A model generated the notes under the pieces. It saw only the letters and a program-made list of their open reading frames with translations, was not told where the DNA came from and did no database searches. This document shows positions 55,867-64,000 of a stretch of DNA of 64,000 bases, piece after piece. The first letter of the stretch is position 1, and each line of letters begins with the position of its first letter. Origin of the DNA: Amoebidium appalachense (taxonomy: Eukaryota > Protista > Ichthyosporea); the NCBI GenBank assembly GCA_963693365.1, contig CAVNZM010000003.1:14739143-14803142 (forward strand). Reading direction: 5' to 3'. Position numbers and translations under genes: made by a program.

Positions 55867-57093
55867 GCCACTACAATACGCATAGGAGGGGGGGTTCAAG
55901 CTGATGCTAACGAGATTCATATTATAAATTTTCACACTGATAATTTTTATTCTAATGTAAATTTGCACAGAGTGAAATTTTGCTATGAGCCCATAGGTGT
56001 AGGCGTCCACCTTGCGTAATTCACTCGACCAATGGGCTTGCAGCAGTTTGATGTCGCCCTTATTTGGTGCCCAACAAAGACTAGTCTGCTATGGTGACGT
56101 CACAGACACCTGAGCCCTGTGCAGACCTGGTTCCGTGTTGTAAAGAGGTAAACAATTCAACAACAAAAAAATCGTATATTACACTTCGACTTACATAAAT
56201 TTACAATACGGCTTGCTTGGTTTATATTGGCAAAGCAAACGTACATACGACAACACGGAATTTTCTACGTATACTCTATGCATATATTTGGGTAAACCTG
56301 GAGATCGGCAGCAAACGTCTACGTGCTTTGTACTAGTATGTACACAGCAAAGGTCTGCATGTTTCATCAGATCGTTTGATGTTTGATGGACGTGGCAGAA
56401 GTGTTTGGGGCACGTTATTCTCATCTATGAAAACAGGCGCAAGAAAAGACGTTGATTATCAGAACTACAGTGTAGATTGGGTAAGATACGTGCGAGAAGC
56501 GTATGAAGACCAAAGTGGGAGCTGTTGAGCCAGCCTCTCACGTGTAGTTTAGGAAACCAAACGGAAAGATCATCAGATTCTCGAGCAAACGCTTGCTAGG
56601 GCTTCGAAGCACTGGTTTGCGTTTTCCTTTTCCCCAGCACCTTTTTGGGAACTGCTTGTGTTCTCTTAACCTCAGCAAGCTCGAGAGCAAACACATAAAA
56701 CTTACGCACGAGCAAGTTTGTGAAGGCATCATACGTAGCAACAATGGTATTTCTTTTCCTCGTTCTCTCGTCTTGTGTTGAATAGGTTTCTTGCCCACTC
56801 TCTACCGGTACGCACCCAAGGCTACATATAGGAAGGGGCCAAAAGCAAATCCCAACGGCTACAATCGGAGCCACGCGTCTCTTCAGCAATATATCAGTGC
56901 TCTCACTTTCACAAATGGGATTCACAATCCAGCACTGGTTCTATACCTCGTAGGCAGTTTGGGCACCCTCTAGAGCCAGGCTGTCTCACTCCATCCACAA
57001 CCTCACCATCTCTTCACTCATCATTCCGGTTATTTCTTCTCTTTTCATTTCACTCACATCATTTATCCCCTTGCCGCACAAGCAACTGAAAAC

Positions 57094-58281
57094 ATGTCGC
57101 AGCCACAAATAAAAGCACTAACCTCAGCCACTGCCAACCCTTTCATCTACCAACGTCGCATATACGCACTCGGCGCCATCATAGTCCTTCTACTATCGGG
57201 CACCCTATTTTTCAATTTCGGAAACAAAGATGTGTGCACCAAGGAGCCGGGGGTCTCCGTTCATATAGTCACCACTTCCCCGGAACCCCCAGAGGAGCCT
57301 GAAATTCCCTTGCCGCAAATTAGGACTTCGCCGAAACCGGCCTATAGGCAGTCCCCTGTCGTTTACGCAAACGACACAGATGGATTTTCGTGCAGCGACG
57401 AGTGGGAGAGCGAACTGGACAACAGCACGTACACGTTAATGGTCCTGCTGCATGGAAATGTCGACATCAACGGAATCATTAGGGATTCTCTTGGGACCTC
57501 GCGCCTTTCGCACATTGTTTTCGTGTGGAATAACGTCGGGCAAAATCCTCCCGAACTTCCGCAGAGCGTCAACTCGACCGCCCCCAACAACCTACGGAGC
57601 ATAAGAATATCGATGCTCGTTATGCCACGAAACAGCCTTTTGAATAGGTTCAAACCGTTCAACATAATACTCACGCGCGTAGTCTATCACATGGATAATG
57701 ACATACGCCTACCGCCCGTTGCGTTCGAGTTTATGTTTGACACGTGGCGCGAAAACCAAAACAAATTGATCGGTCCTGCTTACAGGGTGTTCAGCAGGGG
57801 GACGGCTTATTGGGACCAGGACAGAATGGATCGGGAGGGCTATGACATTGTTCTGACGGGATCATCATTCATCACCCTGGGGATGATGAGGCAATTTACG
57901 TGTGGGGCGGAGTACGGGGATCTGAGGGATTCGGTGGACAAGAACATGAATTGTGAGGACCTCGTTATGAATTTCGTGTACGCGAAAAATGGCGGCGGGG
58001 GCTTGGGAATGCGCCTTGTGCATTATCAGGACGGGGTGGATGAGGGATGCCGGTCGGATCTGATTCTCAACGGGAGGGTGTTGCAGAGGTCTAGGGGAGG
58101 GGAGAATGCGGCGGGGTTGTCGATGAAGAATTGGACGGAATTTTCGCAGTATCGGTCGAATTTTTACTTCAATGCGAAAAAGGTCCTAGGCGTTGAGCCC
58201 CCCTTTAGAACGAGCTGGGTGGTGCCCGTTCTGGACGTCGCAAAGGGGTTTTGCGCGTGGAGGACCGCGCCGCCGGCATGA
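57094..58281 (+). CDS. Glycosyltransferase family 64 (EXTL2/exostosin C-terminal-like alpha-HexNAc transferase), type II membrane protein, 395 aa
   Basis: Single ORF with an N-terminal TM, a Pro-rich stem, VFVWNN, NSLLNRFKP, DND (DXD), IVLTGSSF, NCEDLVMNF and GLS. Confidence 0.93.
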   Translation: MSQPQIKALTSATANPFIYQRRIYALGAIIVLLLSGTLFFNFGNKDVCTKEPGVSVHIVTTSPEPPEEPEIPLPQIRTSPKPAYRQSPVVYANDTDGFSCSDEWESELDNSTYTLMVLLHGNVDINGIIRDSLGTSRLSHIVFVWNNVGQNPPELPQSVNSTAPNNLRSIRISMLVMPRNSLLNRFKPFNIILTRVVYHMDNDIRLPPVAFEFMFDTWRENQNKLIGPAYRVFSRGTAYWDQDRMDREGYDIVLTGSSFITLGMMRQFTCGAEYGDLRDSVDKNMNCEDLVMNFVYAKNGGGGLGMRLVHYQDGVDEGCRSDLILNGRVLQRSRGGENAAGLSMKNWTEFSQYRSNFYFNAKKVLGVEPPFRTSWVVPVLDVAKGFCAWRTAPPA

Positions 58282-59004
58282 GGTCGTCGCTTTTGTTCTT
58301 TCTTTTTTCCTCCCTCTGTTCTTTTTTTTTTTTTCTTTTTGTTTTAATCCTTCCTATTTTTCCCCTTTTGTTTTGTTGTGGTGGTGGACGGTTTTGGGTG
58401 GGTCGGGGGGGGGGGGGGGTCCTTACTGTTTGTCCCCTTAGGTTTCTTTTTTCAGACCCCCCGTAGAGTCTCCCCCCCCCCCCCCCCCCCCCCCCCCTCC
58501 TCCTCCTCCTCCTCCTCCTCTCCACATCCCGGCTCCGGAGCTCTTTCAATGCTCGTTGAAACTTCACCACGTCTGTTTTTTCCCCGAAAATTTTTCCTTT
58601 ATTTCTCAGTTAATGGACTAACGGGAGGGGACATACCGTCTGAAGGACTGATTTCATAGGCCGACATATGCATGTGCCGTATTGTATTGGATAATTATAT
58701 GAGTCCCTCCTTCTATGTCCTTCCGAAACTTTGAAGAATATTTATTATTGACGTAGAGTACATTAAGAATATTGATGTAGAGTAAAATAAGAATATTGAT
58801 GTACAGTAAATTAAGAATTTTTATGTAGAGTAAACTGTAACTATCTTTCGAAGGTCGCTCGTCCATGTATACTTTTTGTTATCTTCACAGTGTGCCTTTT
58901 TTCAATGTTTTTTGAATCAGTATATCCACGGGTATTCTTTTTTCTAGATGTGAGAGAAAGCGTATTGTTGGAGGTAGCCTACGTGGGTGGTTGGTTATAT
59001 GCCA

Positions 59005-59036
<32 letters not shown>

Positions 59037-59593
59037 GCACTCGCCGAATGTAAACGACACCGCACTTGGTATGGTCTAAGTAACTTGGTCAGTGTGATAT
59101 TTGAATTTGGCACGGTAGAGTGCAAAGCTTCTGAAGAATGGTTTTATCCAAGGATGTGAATGTAGTGACACCGTGTGTCCGAGAAATTCATTTGAATTTT
59201 TAAAGGGTTGGTTTATTGTAATGACTGATTTACTGAGCTGTAAGTTCATAAGACACTGCATTTATTTTTTAGTACTGGGAAATGATTGGTTGATGCATTT
59301 TGTAATTCATTACAGTAGCTGCCCATTGCCAAGTTGGGCCGGTGTTATATAAAAAGGAGCCATAATCATATGCCATGCGGCCGGCCTTGTTTTTTCCTGA
59401 ATTCTTAGAAGTTTTTAACCGTTAGTTTCCAAGCGCTGCTGGGCCAGCCACTACTGCATGATGACGGTACGGAAACACAATGGCAGGCCTTATTAGTCCG
59501 GCCCACATGTACGTGACACACCACGGTGTACTTGCGTGCGCACACCGGATTCGTGTGAGTCAGTGTGCGTGTGTGTGCCGTAGTGGTGGTGTA

Positions 59594-59628
<35 letters not shown>

Positions 59629-59753
59629 GTGTGTGTGTGTCACGGTGTGTCAGTGTGCCAGTGGTGCACCGGGGGCTCGGGGGCCGGGGGGGAGCTCGAG
59701 GGGGATGAGAGAGCTGAGACACGAGAGAGAGCGGAGGGGACGCGGGGAGAGCC

Positions 59754-59793
<40 letters not shown>

Positions 59794-60128
59794 TGCAGTG
59801 CCACATGTACAGCACTTAAAGTTCTAGTGCACACGCTAATAAGCTAAAACATTCGAAGTCACGTTTTCTCTTCAAGCCGCGACGGTCACAGACTTAACAG
59901 GTACCATGGCCAAGCTTGGACTCCGCAGGCCAGGCTGCAGGCTCCAAGCCATCATGGCCAGCCGGGTCCCGGACATCCTCCCCCCCCCGGGGGGGCCCCC
60001 CGGCCCCAACACACACGTACAGTGTCACATATATGTGACACCCCAGCCCCGGGCGCATTATCTTTTGTTTTGTCTCCCCCCCTCCCTTCTCCCCCGGACG
60101 CCCCCCCCCCCCCCCCCCCCCCCCGGGC

Positions 60129-60173
<45 letters not shown>

Positions 60174-60431
60174 CCCCCCCCCCCAATCAGCCTACAGTAT
60201 CTGGGCCACTTGAAAATTCAACGAACTTCGAAAGAAGAAAAGAACAAAGTGAACGTCGAGTCGGACATGAGGGAAAACTACCACCGTGCCGTAACAACTT
60301 AAACGTTCCTACCAAGCAAAGGCTACTAGGTCGCTCACTTTTAAGATAACAGGTAAATACGGTTTAGAAGGTAAGGTCGAATTTCAAGAGGATACGTTTC
60401 TCGGCCGTAGGGTATAGTATCTTATTCTCCC

Positions 60432-60465
<34 letters not shown>

Positions 60466-60584
60466 CCCCCCCTCCCCCCTCCCCGCGTCCTTAGGGTCCT
60501 TTTTTTGGGCTGCGGAGGTATGAATTTGGGGTGCCGTGTGTGTGAGAGTTTGTGTGTGTGTGTGTGCCTTTTTTTTTTTTTTTT

Positions 60585-60616
<32 letters not shown>

Positions 60617-60654
60617 TGGGGAGAGGGGGTACTGTGATTTGGGGAGAGTGCGTG

Positions 60655-62160
60655 GTTTTGAGGCTGCAAGGGGATGTGTTGGACTTGAGCGGCAGATAAG
60701 TGTGGGCGACCATCCAGAATGACTGTCTCAATCGAATGCATGACCTCTTATCATGCAGTTATAGCCTTAAGAATTGCGGGTCGCCGGCCGAGAAGAGGCT
60801 AGGTAATCATATTACAAAGCGGTGATTACTGTTAGGTTAGTCGGCAAATGATTGTGGGATGGGTTTTGGTACCTGGAATATAACCGAATTGCCAGCATGG
60901 TTGGCTTCAAGGCTTTTGAATTTATTTCGATTATTCATGTGGGTGTGCCATATCCGTGCCGTCGCGTAGAGGTGAGAGGAACCAATGAAAACATTGTGAG
61001 TAACCTCAGGAATGTGCGCGTGTTAAATATTGCCATGAAAGAAATAACCAAATTGGGAGACATGTCATGTGCCGTATTTGTGTTCAATTACAATTATGCA
61101 TGCTTGCGAATTTTTTGTCCCCAGAGCTTGCTCACATGAATGCCTCCCCCCTCCACCCCCCACCCCCTTCAACAAACACCAGCAACACAGCACATGACAT
61201 GGAGCCTTTTATCCAATTATTCATCTTATGCATGGGCGCAATGCAACGAAAATATAACACCATAATATTTATGTGAGCTTTAAGGCATAGGATTGAGGGT
61301 ATTCTTACACGCGTGTGTGTGTGCATGCGTGCGTGCATGCGTGCATGCGTGCATGCGTGCATGCGTGCGTGCATGTGTCCGTAGGTGGCGTGCATGCATG
61401 CATGCCTGCCTGTGGAATGTGCGCATGCATGCATGTGTGTGTGTGTGTGTGTCTTTTCAGTGCTGGTGTGGGTGCGCGCACGTGCGTGCATGTGTGTTTG
61501 TGCAGGGTATGTGCGCTTGTCCGTGTGTGCTTATATGTGTGCATGTGTCCGTTATCTAAGGCTTAGCTAAGCACGGTGTGCATACTTCGACAGCAGAACT
61601 TTCGGTGGTGCCTGAGATACCGTACCAGTTATGGAGGCCACAGCTCCGTTGCTCTTTGCTACCAATAGTGTGCCAGTGTCTAACCTATGATATCAATTTG
61701 CAGTATAGTGGGTAACCCTGTGTGTGTGCACAGAGCCCAACAATCAGGGAGGAAGCGTAGGTAGCGAGGGGGGTGGGGGGGTAGGAAGACGGGGAGAGAA
61801 AGGGACGGGGAAGAGGGGGTGGGGGGGAAGACGGGGGGGGGGGGGGGGGGGGGGGGGGGGAATGATCACGATGAATGGATTGGGAGGTTGCAAATATGGA
61901 GGAGTAGACATCAGAAGACAGAATTAAAAAAAGAAAAAGAAAAAAAGTTGGGGAAATTCAGACGAAAGCGGGGGCTCGAGGGAAAGCCTCTTTACAACCA
62001 CGGACAGGACTCTAAGAAACCTGTGCCGGAAGAAAGTTCATTTTCAAATGCATTCATTGGAACTGAAATAGTAATGCCTTTCGGTGCCTCACATTGCAAA
62101 GGGTTAGCACGATTTATAACGTATAAAAAAAGGTACAGGGATAGACCGCGGTATGATGTT
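60655..62160 (-). pseudogene. Tandem family copy 1 (exon remnants about 62150-61990, 61718-61590, 61110-60655)
   Basis: ...NVFIGSSHLYATARIWHTHMNNRNKFKSLEANHAGNSVIFQVPKPIPQSFAD*PNSNH...FWMVAHTYLPLKSNTSP, with several stops. Upstream remnants GYPLYCK and IG*TLAHYW*QRATELWPP*L. Confidence 0.6.
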
Positions 62161-62166
62161 GGTGGC

Positions 62167-62377
<211 letters not shown>

Positions 62378-62629
62378 CGTGCGCCGAGTGTGGTCCTTTT
62401 TTTTTTGTGTGTGTGTGTGTGTGTGTTGGGGGGGAGAGGGGGGGAGGGGATACGAGCTTCAAGGAGGGCGGCTGGTGGGGGGATACGAAGGAGGGAACGG
62501 GGACTGAGAAATACGTGGGGTGCCGTACATTGGGGGGGGGGGGGGGGGAGGAGGGGGGGGAGATTCGAAGACGGGGTGTGAGGGGGGGGGGGGGGGAGGA
62601 GGAGGGGGTATGGAGAGGGGAGAGTCAGG

Positions 62630-63095
62630 GTGGCTTCGAAATTGCTGGAAGGAGTTGTGTTGAACTTGAGCAGCAGATAAGTGTGGGCGACCATTTAGTG
62701 GCAGACACGGCAGTGACAATGGAGAACAAACTGTGCGAGATGGTTTTTATCATGCAATCATAGCACAATGAAACTGGCCATTGGGTCGCCAAATGAAAAG
62801 TGGCCAGGTGAACTGGTGGTTACTGCTATTTTATTTAACAAGTGTTTGTGGGATGGCTTTGGAACCGGGAATATGAACGAATAGCCAGCATGGTAGGCCT
62901 CCTATTTGAATTTGTTTCTATTCATGTGTGTGCTGCATCCATTACGGTATGTATGTGTCACGGCGAGGTGAGACGAGCCAATAAAAGTATCGTTATCGAA
63001 TATCTTACATTTACTACTTAAAAAGAAATAAGAACAAATGTGTAGAAGACATGTGATGTTCCGTGTGATTGGATGTTTGAATGGCTTGCGCACTG
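62630..63095 (-). pseudogene. Tandem family copy 2
   Basis: DTFIGSSHLAVTHTYRNGCSTHMNRNKFK*EAYHAGYSFIFPVPKP...MVAHTYLLLKFNTTP. Many differences from copy 1 are synonymous in this frame; it has stops and frameshifts. Confidence 0.6.
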
Positions 63096-63488
63096 TTCAG
63101 TCACGGTCAACTTGATTAATGCCGAATTTAATATGCACATAAAATGGTGTTTAAATGCCGGGCTTGCTCACTAACATTTTGTGTCCCTAGCTCTCTCTCT
63201 CTCTCTCTCCCTCCCTCTCTCTCTCCCCCCCTCTCTCTCTCTATATATATATATATATCGAGTCTCCCTCTCTCCCTCCCTCTCTCCCCCTCTCTCTCTC
63301 TCTATCTGCGTGTGTGTGTGTATGAATGTGTGTGTGCCTACGTGTGTGTGCGCTCGCACGTGTGTGCGTGCGTGCATGCATGCGTGCATACATATTTGTG
63401 TGCATGTGTGTCTGCTGCATGAGGTTGTGTCATGTACTCTCTCCCTCCCTCCCTCCCTCCCTCCCTCCCTCCCTCCCTCCCTCCCTCC

Positions 63489-63563
<75 letters not shown>

Positions 63564-63568
63564 ATCTC

Positions 63569-63605
<37 letters not shown>

Positions 63606-63744
63606 GTGTGTGTGAAAGTGTGTGTGTTGTGTAACTGTGTGTGTGTTGGGGGGGGGGGGAGGGGGGGGGGAGGGGGAGGGAGGGCGGGGGGAGAGGGTGG
63701 GGGGGGGGGGGGGGGGGGGGGGGGGGGAGAATGGGGTAATGAAA

Positions 63745-64000
63745 AGAGAAGATAAGGTGGATTTGAAGCGGCCAGGGGATGTGTTGGACTTGAGCGGCAG
63801 ATACGTGTGAGCGACCTTCCAGAAGGGCTTGGGGATCTTGCATGACCTCTTAAGACTTTCTAATGCAATTATTATGGTATGAAGTTAAATGGGTGGGTCG
63901 CCGGGAAGGGATAAGGTGAAGTGGTGGTCATCGTTGGGTTGATTGCCATCAGATTGTGGGAAGGGTTTGCTAACGAACCGAATTATTACCGAATAACTGA
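63745..64000 (-). pseudogene. Tandem family copy 3 (runs off the window)
   Basis: SYSVIIRFVSKPFPQSDGNQPNDDHHF...GDPPI*LH...KRSCKIPKPFWKVAHTYLPLKSNTSP. The frame stays collinear with copy 1 across indels. Confidence 0.6.

Overview
Eukaryotic, intron-rich genomic DNA, probably from a protist; the lineage cannot be fixed from this window. Most listed ORFs are artefacts of (CA)n/(TG)n, (CT)n and poly-C/G tracts. Manual splicing supports six genes: a 14-exon inositol polyphosphate 5-phosphatase (-), a penta-ubiquitin (-), a 4-exon SDR (-), a 4-exon Mrx7/NCBP2-AS2-like microprotein (+), a 2-exon GDPD-like membrane protein (-) and an apparently intronless GT64/EXTL2-like glycosyltransferase (+). Mobile DNA includes a decayed, intron-containing Kolobok transposon, a 3.2-kb element with 33-bp TIRs and two tiny CACGGCC...GGCCGTG hairpins flanked by 7-8 bp direct repeats, one with its empty site also in the window. 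Other notable features are an array of stop-riddled paralogues of an unrecognised, probably secreted protein family (50-64 kb), a recurring intron layout (poly-C after donors, CA/C tracts before acceptors) and tandem duplications that copy splice acceptors. All translations and alignments were done by eye with no database search, and homopolymer lengths may be assembly errors.
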